NCBI GenBank assembly: GCA_947589405.1
Contig: CANQBT010000001.1
Coordinates: 1 to 47,788 of the forward strand
Direction: 5' to 3'
DNA length: 47,788 bases
DNA from: an uncultured Clostridia bacterium
GTDB taxonomy: Bacteria > Bacillota > Clostridia > Lachnospirales > CAG-274
Positions 27,514 to 36,816 of this stretch are shown piece by piece. Each line of letters starts with the position of its first letter. Position 1 is the first letter of the stretch. The notes beneath the pieces are model-generated. The model ran no database searches, had not been told where the DNA came from, and saw only the letters and a program-made list of their open reading frames with translations. The translations under genes and the position numbers were made by a program.

Positions 27514-28689
27514 TTACTGAACAGTAACCTGATCTGCAAATACGAACTTACCGTTTTCAACCTTCTTGATAACGGCAGCCTTAGTAGGATTACCGTTTTC
27601 ATCGAACTTAACGGGACCTGTAACGCCTGTAAAGTCGCTTGCTGCAAGAGCGTCTCTTATAGCAACGGGATCGGTCGTGCCTGCTGCTTCGATAGCGTCG
27701 CATACAAGATTATAAGCATCGTATGCAAGAGCAGTAACGCCTGCAGGGTCCTTGCCGCCGTTAGCATCTCTGTACTTCTGAACAAATTCCTTAGTTAAAG
27801 GAGTAAGCTCTGCGTCGGGATCGAAAAATGCTGAGAACTCAACGCCCTCGCTTTCTGCGCCTGCTACGTCAAGGAATTCCTGTACCTCATAGGTATCGCC
27901 GCCAAGTAAAGGAACAGTTACGCCGTTCTGCTTAGCCTGCTTGATAAACATAGCGGCTTCCGTAAAGTTACCGGGAACAAAGAATATATCGGGGTTATTA
28001 GCCTTTAAGCTTGTGATCTGAGCATTGAAGTCCTGATCGCCTGTCTGATAAGCTGCCTCGTATACAGTACCGCCCAGCTTCTCAAATTCAGCCTTGAAGT
28101 ACTGAGCAAGACCTACAGAATAGTCATTGCCCTGCTCTGTAGTAACGGCAGCAGTCTTTGCGCCTAACTTGTTGTATGCATAGTTAGCCATTACCTGTCC
28201 CTGATATGGGTCGATGAAGCAAACTCTAAAGTAGTTGTCATTGCCTTCGGTAACGGCAGGATTGGTACAGCTAATACCGACTGCGGCAACATTGCCGTTT
28301 CTTACTACATCATATGCGCCAAGAGAAGGTGTAGATGAGTAAGAACCAAGAATAACAGATACTTCGTCCTGCTCTATAAGCTTTGTTGCAGCATTTGCAG
28401 CCTCTACCTTGTCAGACTTGTTATCAGCCTTTACAAGCTCTACCGTAACGTCCTTGCCGCCTATGTTTACTGTAGGTCTTTCGGAGTTGGCAAGCTCGAT
28501 ACCCTCTATCTCTATAGCTGCTCCTGCTGCCATACCGCCTGTTATAGGCTGAAGTACACCGATCTTAACAGTATCTCCCGAAGCTGCTGCGCTGTCTGTA
28601 CCTTCTTCAGCAGCACCGCCGCCGCAGCCTGTGAGAGAAGTAAGAGTAAGAGCAGCGATAATTGCAACTGCCATAATTTTTTTCTTCAT
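27514..28689 (-). CDS. livJ: Branched-chain amino acid ABC transporter substrate-binding lipoprotein (LivJ/LivK/BraC family)
   Basis: Start moved to ATG 28689 (AGGAGG RBS; MKKKIMAVAIIAALTLTSLTGCGG signal plus lipobox). Type-I periplasmic-binding fold pattern. Heads the liv permease/ATPase genes. Confidence 0.87.
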   Translation of the reverse strand: MKKKIMAVAIIAALTLTSLTGCGGGAAEEGTDSAAASGDTVKIGVLQPITGGMAAGAAIEIEGIELANSERPTVNIGGKDVTVELVKADNKSDKVEAANAATKLIEQDEVSVILGSYSSTPSLGAYDVVRNGNVAAVGISCTNPAVTEGNDNYFRVCFIDPYQGQVMANYAYNKLGAKTAAVTTEQGNDYSVGLAQYFKAEFEKLGGTVYEAAYQTGDQDFNAQITSLKANNPDIFFVPGNFTEAAMFIKQAKQNGVTVPLLGGDTYEVQEFLDVAGAESEGVEFSAFFDPDAELTPLTKEFVQKYRDANGGKDPAGVTALAYDAYNLVCDAIEAAGTTDPVAIRDALAASDFTGVTGPVKFDENGNPTKAAVIKKVENGKFVFADQVTVQ

Positions 28690-28760
28690 AAAAATTTCCT
28701 CCTTGTATATTTTCTTAAAAATATAAGGGCACCGTAAAGATGCCCTCACCGACGTTTATT

Positions 28761-28789
28761 ATTATAGTTTAACCGTTTTTATTTGTCAA
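28761..28789 (-). promoter_or_regulatory. Consensus sigma-A promoter of the liv operon
   Basis: On the minus strand: TTGACA (28789-28784), a 17-nt spacer, then TATAAT (28766-28761). About 70 nt upstream of the livJ ATG. Confidence 0.65.
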
Positions 28790-28897
28790 TAGAAATAAAG
28801 AAATTACTTCCTATATAATTGTGATTTTAGTACATTTGTGAATTTTTAAACAGAAAATCCTGCAAAATCTGTGAATTTTTTAACGCAGTAAAGCGTA

Positions 28898-29965
28898 TTA
28901 CTCTTCCTCCGACTTAGTTTCATCGGGTGCATCTATCGGCTTGAGTCCGAAATGCTCCCTTACCTTGTTTTCTATTTCAAGACAAACATCGGGATTTTCT
29001 TCAAGATATTTCTTGGCATTTTCACGACCCTGACCGATCCTGTCCTCACCATAGCTGTACCATGCGCCGCCCTTATGTACCACGTCTATCTCCGCTGCAA
29101 GGTCAAGCACATCTCCCGTATGGCTTATACCTGTGCCGTACATTATGTCAAACTCCGTTGTCTTGAAAGGCGGAGCCACCTTGTTCTTGACTACCTTCAC
29201 CTTTGTCCTGCTGCCTATGGCTTCTGTGCCTGATTTAAGAGTTTCGCCCTTTCTTATGTCTATTCTTACGGAAGCGCCGTATTTAAGGGCAAGACCGCCT
29301 GTTGTGGTTTCGGGATTGCCGTATATCACGCCTATTTTCTGTCTGAGCTGGTTTATAAAGAGTATAACGCAGTTGCTCTTGCTTGCTACTGCCGCCAGCT
29401 TTCTCAGAGCCTTTGACATGAGCCTTGCCTGAAGTCCCACCTGATTTTCGCCCATTTCTCCTTCTATCTCAGCCTTTGGCACAAGAGCCGCAACAGAGTC
29501 CACAACAACTATATCTATAGCGCCTGAACGCACCATTGTTTCTGTTATCTCAAGAGCCTGCTCACCGTCGTCGGGCTGTGATACATAGAGTTCATCTATA
29601 TTTACGCCTAAATTTCTTGCATATACGGGATCAAGAGCGTGCTCCGCATCTACAAAGGCGGCAATTCCTCCTGCCTTCTGGGCTTCTGCTATTATGTGCA
29701 GAGCAAGCGTAGTCTTGCCGCTGCTCTCGGGACCATATACCTCTATTATTCTTCCTCTCGGCACACCGCCTATACCTAAGGCTATATCAAGAGAAAGAGA
29801 GCCTGTAGGTATGGATCCTATTGACATATCCACCATATTATCGCCAAGCCTCATTATAGAGCCTTCTCCAAAGCTTTTTTCAATATGGGATATTGCCATC
29901 TTAAGAGATTCCTCTTTTCCGTTAGGTGAGGGTATTACCTTTTCATTAGTTTTTGCTTTTGCCAT
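28898..29965 (-). CDS. recA: Recombinase RecA
   Basis: Unmistakable RecA sequence: [61 protein letters not shown]. Confidence 0.97.
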   Translation of the reverse strand: MAKAKTNEKVIPSPNGKEESLKMAISHIEKSFGEGSIMRLGDNMVDMSIGSIPTGSLSLDIALGIGGVPRGRIIEVYGPESSGKTTLALHIIAEAQKAGGIAAFVDAEHALDPVYARNLGVNIDELYVSQPDDGEQALEITETMVRSGAIDIVVVDSVAALVPKAEIEGEMGENQVGLQARLMSKALRKLAAVASKSNCVILFINQLRQKIGVIYGNPETTTGGLALKYGASVRIDIRKGETLKSGTEAIGSRTKVKVVKNKVAPPFKTTEFDIMYGTGISHTGDVLDLAAEIDVVHKGGAWYSYGEDRIGQGRENAKKYLEENPDVCLEIENKVREHFGLKPIDAPDETKSEEE

Positions 29966-31199
29966 TTTTATCCTCCTGTATTATCTGTTGCCTTAACAGC
30001 TCTATTGCCGCTGCGGCAGCTGCATTTCTTATTTTGTTCCTGCTGCCCGAAAGCTGTAATTTCTTTGTTACGGCTTTCCCTTTTACCGAAACTCCTATAT
30101 ACACAAGACCTACAGGCTTTTCAGCCGTACCGCCGCCCGGACCTGCTATCCCTGTAGTGCTTATGCCTATATCCGCACCGCTTCTCTCAGCTGCGCCTAT
30201 ACACATTTCTTCCGCTGTCTGAGGGCTTACGGCACCGTATTTTTCAAGAGTATCTTCACTAACTCCCAGAAATTTTGCCTTACTTTCATTGGTATAGGTA
30301 ACAAATCCTGTCATAAATACTGCGGAGGCTCCGGGATAATCTATAAGCCTTGAAGCGACCATACCGCCTGTGCAGCTTTCCGCAGAAGCTACGGTAAGCC
30401 CTTTTTCTATAAGCCTTTTCATAACGGCAGAAACAAGGGTTTCATCGTCCTCACCGTATATGAACTGTCCAAGCCTTGAATATATTTCATCTGCAACAGG
30501 CTTAATGAGAGCTTGGCATTCCTCCTTATCCTTTCCTCTTGCCGTTATACGGAATACCATTTCGTTGGTCTTGGCATAAGGCGCTATTGTAGGATTGGAG
30601 CTTTTCTGCATAAGCTCTCTTATCTGTTCCGCCGCTGCCGATTCGCCTATTCCCGAAAGATGAAGCACCTTGCTTACAAGAGTAAACTCCTGCTGCTTTT
30701 CAAGATACGACCTTACGCCGTTTTCAAACATAGGGACAAGCTCTGAGGGAGGTCCCGGAAGCACCGCTATGGTTTTGCCCTTGTCGGTTATTATGCAGCC
30801 GGGAGCCGTACCGTTGTCATTGTCAAGGACAATGGCACCCTTCGGCATATAGACCTGCTTCATATTGGTAGGGGACATATTTCTTCCTTTAAAATAGGTA
30901 AGAAGTCTGTCCCTGCTTCTTTCGTCAAGCACCATTTCTTTATTGAAATACTTAGCGGCTGTTTCCTTTGTAATATCATCGTCTGTAGGACCCAAGCCGC
31001 CGCTTGTTATAATAATGTCCGCTCTGTTAAAGGCTATATCCAAAGCCTCCGAAAGTCTTTGCTCATTATCTCCCACAACTGTCTGATACTGAAGCGTAAT
31101 GCCCAGCTCAGCCAACTGACGTGCTATGAATCTTGCATTAGTGTTGAGAATATCTCCCAGCAGAAGCTCTGTGCCTACTGCTATTATCTCAGCCTTCAT
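29946..31199 (-). CDS. cinA: Competence/damage-inducible protein CinA (MoCF-binding domain plus PncC-like NMN deamidase domain)
   Basis: [30 protein letters not shown]-terminus and a C-terminal AESCTGG motif. Start moved to ATG 31199 (GAAGGGAGA RBS). The 3' end overlaps the recA start by 20 nt. Confidence 0.88.
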   Translation of the reverse strand: MKAEIIAVGTELLLGDILNTNARFIARQLAELGITLQYQTVVGDNEQRLSEALDIAFNRADIIITSGGLGPTDDDITKETAAKYFNKEMVLDERSRDRLLTYFKGRNMSPTNMKQVYMPKGAIVLDNDNGTAPGCIITDKGKTIAVLPGPPSELVPMFENGVRSYLEKQQEFTLVSKVLHLSGIGESAAAEQIRELMQKSSNPTIAPYAKTNEMVFRITARGKDKEECQALIKPVADEIYSRLGQFIYGEDDETLVSAVMKRLIEKGLTVASAESCTGGMVASRLIDYPGASAVFMTGFVTYTNESKAKFLGVSEDTLEKYGAVSPQTAEEMCIGAAERSGADIGISTTGIAGPGGGTAEKPVGLVYIGVSVKGKAVTKKLQLSGSRNKIRNAAAAAAIELLRQQIIQEDKNGKSKN

Positions 31200-31411
31200 A
31201 TACATTTCTCCCTTCAGCCAACCTTTTCTCTTAATGTAGTATATCACAATATTCATGTATAATGCAACAAAATATTGAAACATTTTTTCGATTGCTTCAT
31301 ATTTTCGATTGTATTTTTATAAAAGTAATGATATTGTAATATTTTATAGGGATATTTTTGATATAATGATATTTATGGAAAAGGGCAAAATATAAATGAG
31401 AGGCTGATAAT

Positions 31412-33169
31412 ATGAATAAAAAAATGAAAATTTGTATCTTTTTGTGTGTGTTCACACTTATTGCGGCAGTACCGGTATATGTAGGAGCACGAACGGTAAA
31501 GGGTGTTACAAGAAGCTATGAACCTACCGAGACCACAACGGAAGCAGAAGCGACCACCGTTACCGAAAAGGAAAGCGAGACCACTACTCTTAACAGAGTA
31601 GTATCTGTTTCAAAAAAGATAAAGGGAACTACTACCACTACCGAAGCTGCTTCAATGACCACAACTGCCGAAGCTGCCACAGAAACTACTACAATAAATT
31701 TAAGTCTTTACGAAGGCTCTGTGGAAATATCAACAATAAGTATACCTGACTATCCAAGCGACCCTGTTGATAAAAACGGCAATCCTCTTACAGGCATAGA
31801 CCTTAAGGCATACAATGCGGTAAAAAAGACATTTAAGGACAAATGGACTGCCATAACCTCTCCCAAGATCAGCGAGGAGACTCTTTACAACGATGCGGAC
31901 CATACCATAAAGGCAAAAACCTTTGCCTTTGACGATGGGGATATATATACCATAAAAAGATATACCTTCGGCGCCAATGCCGATGAAAGGCTTACGGACA
32001 GTCTTACCATAGCGGGAAATACCGTTGAGATAAGATATATGAACGACGATGGCTGGTATATGTCCGGCAATCCTGAAAATACCGATAAAAAGACTATGTT
32101 TATAGATACAGACAAGGTTTCTGTTATGATAAGCATTCCCGCAGTATATACAAACAATTTCCAGTACAATACCCTTCAGTATCACCCCGATATGGAGGAA
32201 AAGGCTGAAATAACCATAAACCCTGACAACACCGTTACAATAAGCTGGTCTTTCCCTCAGAACACAGGCCTTATAGGAGAAATATGGTACCTCTGTTCCG
32301 AAAACAAGCTTGCCGACTGGAACAACGGCAATCATTTTGCTGCCCTTGCTCAGGATCTGGCTGTAGAGAGAAGATTTTCATGGGACGGTTATTATTTCCC
32401 TATCCCTGCCAACTATATACCAAACGGCGATCATATGCTCTACAGACAGCCTTCTAACTATACAGGCGCAAGCTTTACGTCCTACGGTGATTTTCCGGCT
32501 GCATTCAAGATGGGCTATGTTATGACATATACATGTATGCTCAATCAGAATGAAAAGGGCTATTGGGCTACCATGCCTAAGTCAGGCTGGCTTTCAGAGG
32601 ACTTCAATATAGGAGGAGGCTTCTATGACACAAGGTTCAATACCGACTTTGCCGAAAACCTTCTTTCTGCCTATAAGAGATACAATAACGACGAGTTCTT
32701 GTTTGCTGCCTGCAAATATGCGGAATACTTTATACAGCACGCCAATACGGAAAGCTATACTACAAAGAACGGCGGCCTTCTTGTTCAGGACTACGGCTAT
32801 GACTATGACCATTTGGATACTCATGTTTCACTTAATCACCAGCTGGCGGAGCTTGACTATCTTTACAAGCTGTATCAGATAACAAGAGAGGATTCCTACA
32901 GATTGCTTGCAGACCAGATGCTTATAGCAATAAATGACACAAAGGATCAATGGGTGCTTGCAAACAACAATCTGAACTATGCCCTCTACTATGTGGCAGG
33001 TACCAATCCTATGGTAGATTATCCATATCTTACCTATAACGATCTGTTTGAAACGCAGGAGCTGTACACAGCCATATATGGCAAGGAAAATGAGACCGTT
33101 AAGTACCTTATGGACTGTAAGCTTCAATGGATGACCGAAAACAGCATAACCGGCTACAGAACAAAATAA
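31412..33169 (+). CDS. Hypothetical secreted protein (585 aa) with T/E/A-rich linkers
   Basis: Signal peptide/TM (MKICIFLCVFTLIAAVPVYVGA), two Thr-rich low-complexity stretches, and a ~480-aa globular region rich in aromatic residues. No family recognised by eye. Confidence 0.7.
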   Translation: MNKKMKICIFLCVFTLIAAVPVYVGARTVKGVTRSYEPTETTTEAEATTVTEKESETTTLNRVVSVSKKIKGTTTTTEAASMTTTAEAATETTTINLSLYEGSVEISTISIPDYPSDPVDKNGNPLTGIDLKAYNAVKKTFKDKWTAITSPKISEETLYNDADHTIKAKTFAFDDGDIYTIKRYTFGANADERLTDSLTIAGNTVEIRYMNDDGWYMSGNPENTDKKTMFIDTDKVSVMISIPAVYTNNFQYNTLQYHPDMEEKAEITINPDNTVTISWSFPQNTGLIGEIWYLCSENKLADWNNGNHFAALAQDLAVERRFSWDGYYFPIPANYIPNGDHMLYRQPSNYTGASFTSYGDFPAAFKMGYVMTYTCMLNQNEKGYWATMPKSGWLSEDFNIGGGFYDTRFNTDFAENLLSAYKRYNNDEFLFAACKYAEYFIQHANTESYTTKNGGLLVQDYGYDYDHLDTHVSLNHQLAELDYLYKLYQITREDSYRLLADQMLIAINDTKDQWVLANNNLNYALYYVAGTNPMVDYPYLTYNDLFETQELYTAIYGKENETVKYLMDCKLQWMTENSITGYRTK

Positions 33170-33266
33170 TGCCCTGTGCTTTTGGCATAATATACTGTCC
33201 TTTAGGAAATTTAGGAGATGTTTGTTGCATAGACGGCATCTCCTCTTTGTTTATGACAAAAAATAA

Positions 33267-33313
33267 CTGCTGAGATAGGATCTGTATAAAATCTTATCTC
33301 AGCAGTTTTGTTT
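33267..33313 (+). terminator. Strong rho-independent terminator after the 585-aa gene
   Basis: CTGCTGAGATAGGAT pairs with ATCTTATCTCAGCAG (14/15 bp, 33267-33305), followed by TTTTGTTTG. A weaker hairpin (GGAGATG/CATCTCC, 33214-33243) precedes it. Confidence 0.75.
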
Positions 33314-33369
33314 GTGGTGTGAGAGTTGTTTTTATTTTTGCAAGTATCAACATTATTTTTGCTTTAGAA

Positions 33370-33765
33370 CGACCCTTCCACCATTTCAAACAATGTTTGA
33401 AAGGTTCAGCACTTTTGCTTTGCAAAAGCAAGCCTACGGCTTGGCGGATAATTCTTCCGCTGCAATGTCCCCCTCCCCTCCGACGCCCTACGGGCTATCA
33501 GCACTTTCGGCAAGCCGAAAGCCGACCTGACGGTCGTCCGATAAATCTTTCGTTGCAACGGGGAGGCTAGAGGTGGGGAGGAAAGGGAAGCCTTAAGTTT
33601 ATGTTCTTTAAATACTTTTATAATGTTAAAAAGCTAGTATTTATAACTAACTAAAAAATTATGGGGAACTACAAACTAGGCTCCCCTTGGAGCTAGGGGA
33701 GCTGTCAGCCCAACCAAGAATTACAAGTTGTGAACGGATTTGCATGGGCTGACTGAAGGGTCGAC
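33370..33765 (+). repeat. Structured intergenic repeat, long copy A
   Basis: Ends CGACCCTTC (33370-33378) and GAAGGGTCG (33755-33763) are inverted complements. Internal hairpins and C-rich/G-rich tracts are shared with copy B. Its last 59 nt are 56/59 identical to copy B by my manual alignment. Confidence 0.7.
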
Positions 33766-33792
33766 TCAATTTTGTAAAAAAATAATTAAGAA

Positions 33793-34209
33793 TTATAGAT
33801 TACTCTTGATTTTTTCAATTATTTCTGTATACTCAGTATCAGTAAGATATTTAGGAGGCTCCACATTCATTTCAAATGTGCCGCCAAAGCCGTAGCCGTC
33901 CTTCTGCTTCGGTACGATATGCACGTGAAGATGAGGAAGCGTATCGCTGTACATTCCATAATTTACTTTGGCAGGGTTTACGCTTTTCATTATCGCCCTT
34001 CCTACAGTCTGCATATCCTCTATAAACAGAGCGGAATCCTCTTTTGAAAGCTCTGTAAAGTCCACATTGTGCTCCTTATAGGCGATAACGCAGCGTCCGT
34101 AATAGGTCTGTTCTCTGAAAAGATAGAGCTTTGTGACCTTAAGGTCTGCAATGTAGATCATGAGGGAATCTAATTTTTCCTTATTTTTGCAATATAAACA
34201 ATTTTCCAT
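33793..34209 (-). CDS. HIT-family (histidine triad) protein
   Basis: Histidine triad HLHVHIVP. The track ORF opens at TTG 34224. ATG 34209 (MENCLYCKNKEK) sits 8 nt after a GGAGG and is preferred. Confidence 0.85.
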   Translation of the reverse strand: MENCLYCKNKEKLDSLMIYIADLKVTKLYLFREQTYYGRCVIAYKEHNVDFTELSKEDSALFIEDMQTVGRAIMKSVNPAKVNYGMYSDTLPHLHVHIVPKQKDGYGFGGTFEMNVEPPKYLTDTEYTEIIEKIKSNL

Positions 34210-34321
34210 TTCATTTACCTCCAAAATATGTTATACTTTAATTATATAATGACATTATGCTACTGTCAATTTTATTTTTGACGATATTTTGCAAATTATA
34301 TTGAAAAAAGGAGAGATGCAT

Positions 34322-35794
34322 ATGATAACGCTGGCACGTGATTTTTTTGTGATAGGTGCTGTTATAATGTATATCACAAATATCATTTTTGCCATTTTTG
34401 TCGTTTTCTTTGAGAAGAAAAATCCCGGCGTTACATGGGCTTGGCTCATGGTGCTTGTAATGATACCGTACTTTGGTTTTCTTTTTTACATCGTTCTGGG
34501 CTTTGAGGGCAGGAAGCATAAGGTTTTTGGCAAAAAGCTCACGGAGGATATAAAGTTCTTTGAAGAATTTACAGAAAAATATCCTCAATATGCTGCCGAT
34601 GAAAAGCTTATGGACGAAATAGACGGTATAATACCCAGCAAAAATACTGCCTATCTCAATAACCTTGTGGTAATGAATAAAAACAGCGGCAGAAGTCCTT
34701 ACAGGCAGAACAACAGCGTAGAGGTATTTCATGAAGGCAATACCAAATTTGAAAGCCTTCTTGAGGATATTAAAAACGCCAAAAGCTTTGTACATATGGA
34801 ATATTATCTTATGCATGACGACTCTCTGGGCGTGCGTATTATGGAAGCCCTTGCCGAAAAGGCCCGTCAGGGCGTAGAGGTAAAGGTAATATATGACGGT
34901 ATGGGAAACGCAAGCAACAAGCCTTCTTTTAAGAAAATACTTGTAAACGCCGGCGGAGAGGTCAGGATATTCCTTCCTCCAAGAGGTATAAGGGTCAATT
35001 ACAGAGATCATAGGAAAATAGCTGTAATAGACGGCAAAACAGGCTATATAGGCGGTCTTAATATAGGCGATGAATATATAAGCCTTAAAAAGCGCTTCGG
35101 CTTCTGGAGAGATTCCCATATAAAGATAACAGGCGATTCCGTAAAGGATCTGGAGCTTAGGTTCATGATGGACTGGAATTTCACAAAGGGAGAAAACATA
35201 GGACTTGACGAAAAGTACTTCCCGACTGTTGAAAATCAAGAAGAAAATGTAAATATGCAGATAATATCCAGCGGACCCGATACCCAATGGAACAGCATAT
35301 TGAACAGCTACTTCAAGATGGTGACAGAAGCCAATAAAAATATATATATAGCAACTCCTTATTTCGTACCTGACGACAGTCTTTTGGTAGCTCTGAGGAC
35401 AGCGGCTCTTTCAGGGATAGACGTAAGGATAATAATACCGGGAAAGCCCGATCACCCCTTTGTGCATTCGGGAAGTCTAAGCTATATGGGAGAGCTTATG
35501 GAGGCAGGCGTAAGATGCTATGAATACAGAAAGGGATTTATACACGCCAAAGTAATGACAATAGACGGCATGATAACATCTGTCGGTACTGCCAATATGG
35601 ATATAAGAAGCTTCAGTCTTAATTTTGAAGTAAACGCTCTTATATATGATGAAAATGTAACTGCCGAATTTGAAAAGCAGTTCAATATCGACTTTAACGA
35701 CTGTGATGAAATAATACCTGAGGAATATCAAAATCGCGGAAGAATAGCAAAAGCAAAGGAAGCCTTTGCAAGACTGATTTCTCCGCTGCTGTAA
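34322..35794 (+). CDS. cls: Cardiolipin synthase
   Basis: Two N-terminal TM helices and two PLD HKD motifs (HRKIAVIDGKTGYIGGLNIGDEY and HAKVMTIDGMITSVGTANMD). Start placed at ATG 34322, 6 nt after AAGGAGAG. Confidence 0.9.
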   Translation: MITLARDFFVIGAVIMYITNIIFAIFVVFFEKKNPGVTWAWLMVLVMIPYFGFLFYIVLGFEGRKHKVFGKKLTEDIKFFEEFTEKYPQYAADEKLMDEIDGIIPSKNTAYLNNLVVMNKNSGRSPYRQNNSVEVFHEGNTKFESLLEDIKNAKSFVHMEYYLMHDDSLGVRIMEALAEKARQGVEVKVIYDGMGNASNKPSFKKILVNAGGEVRIFLPPRGIRVNYRDHRKIAVIDGKTGYIGGLNIGDEYISLKKRFGFWRDSHIKITGDSVKDLELRFMMDWNFTKGENIGLDEKYFPTVENQEENVNMQIISSGPDTQWNSILNSYFKMVTEANKNIYIATPYFVPDDSLLVALRTAALSGIDVRIIIPGKPDHPFVHSGSLSYMGELMEAGVRCYEYRKGFIHAKVMTIDGMITSVGTANMDIRSFSLNFEVNALIYDENVTAEFEKQFNIDFNDCDEIIPEEYQNRGRIAKAKEAFARLISPLL

Positions 35795-35806
35795 GGAGGA
35801 GAATAT

Positions 35807-36790
35807 ATGAAGATCAGACGATTCCTGAGCTGTACCGTATTCATACTTGCATTCGCATCTGTTATGAACGTATATGCAAAGGATATAAAGCTGCTTATAG
35901 AGGGACATAATATAGAAACGGATACACCTCCCGTTATAATGTATGACAGAGTGATGCTGCCTGTAAGGACCATATTTGAAGGGGTAGGAGCCGAGCTTGC
36001 CTGGGACGGTGAAAGCAAGACTCTTACCGGGACAAAGGGCAGTCATATTGTCGTAATGACAGTAGGCAAGGAGGAATATACCATTGACGGTGAAGAGCAT
36101 ACTATGAGCGTACCTCCCTGCATACTTAACGACAGAGTATTTGCTTCTGCAAGATACGTAGCGGAAGCCTTCGGCTATACCGTAGACTGGGATAAGGATC
36201 AGCTTATTGCGGAAATAAAAGCCGAAAAGCCTCAGGAGGAAACAACAAAGGTCAAAGACGAACAGAAGGATGAGCACAAGGACGAACAGAAGGATGAGCA
36301 TAAGGACGAACAAAAGACCGAAAAGGCTGAACCAAGTACGGAAACTACCACAAAAGCCATTACTCCTGTGGCAGCTGTGACTCCTTCTCTTTACAACAAG
36401 GTAAAAGAGGATCTGAATATTACCTTTGACGGATATACTCTTGGTACGGCAGAGCATATAAACAGATTTAAAATAGCTACCGTCAATTATTACAAAAACA
36501 GCTGGAGCGAAATGGCAAAGACCGATATAGACAAAACCTTCGTCAGCTACAGCAAGACCCTTTACGACAGAATAATAAGCACAGCCAAGAGAATAGATTA
36601 TGTATATACAAGGGAAAAATATCTCGGAAAAAGAGAGATAAGCGACGACTGCCGTGAAAATAAGGCAATATTGAAGGATTATATAGACCAATATTTTGCC
36701 TGCGAAACTCTTGAGGAATGCAAGGATATAAACAACAAGCTGCGTGAATTCTACACAGGTATAAAAACAAAATATCCCGAATATGAATAA
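35807..36790 (+). CDS. Secreted copper-amine-oxidase-N-like stalk-domain protein with a KDEQKDEH repeat and an unknown C-terminal domain
   Basis: Signal peptide. Stalk motifs ([44 protein letters not shown]). Charged repeat linker. GGAGGAG RBS 12 nt after the cls stop. Confidence 0.75.
   Translation: MKIRRFLSCTVFILAFASVMNVYAKDIKLLIEGHNIETDTPPVIMYDRVMLPVRTIFEGVGAELAWDGESKTLTGTKGSHIVVMTVGKEEYTIDGEEHTMSVPPCILNDRVFASARYVAEAFGYTVDWDKDQLIAEIKAEKPQEETTKVKDEQKDEHKDEQKDEHKDEQKTEKAEPSTETTTKAITPVAAVTPSLYNKVKEDLNITFDGYTLGTAEHINRFKIATVNYYKNSWSEMAKTDIDKTFVSYSKTLYDRIISTAKRIDYVYTREKYLGKREISDDCRENKAILKDYIDQYFACETLEECKDINNKLREFYTGIKTKYPEYE
36254..36316 (+). repeat. 2.6 tandem copies of a 24-nt repeat inside the stalk-domain gene
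   Basis: AAAGACGAACAGAAGGATGAGCAC (36254-36277), AAGGACGAACAGAAGGATGAGCAT (36278-36301), and a partial third copy to 36316. Encodes KDEQKDEH reiterations. Confidence 0.8.
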
Positions 36791-36816
36791 ATATTTGTGC
36801 TAAAAGGGAGGTCGAA

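Noticed and set aside
33312-33570. 72-aa and 83-aa + strand ORFs inside repeat copy A.
   Set aside because: They have no RBS. They are not conserved in copies B or C, because indels shift and stop the frames. The sequence is dominated by hairpins, so it looks non-coding.
34238-36691. Two very long antisense ORFs (34238-35287, 349 aa; 35477-36691, 404 aa) opposite cls and the stalk-domain gene.
   Set aside because: The sense-strand genes have clear motifs (HKD x2, stalk domains), RBSs and signal peptides. The antisense translations are Tyr/Phe/Ile/Cys-rich low-complexity sequence with no RBS or recognisable domain. Such open antisense frames are expected where the sense strand rarely uses TTA/CTA/TCA codons.
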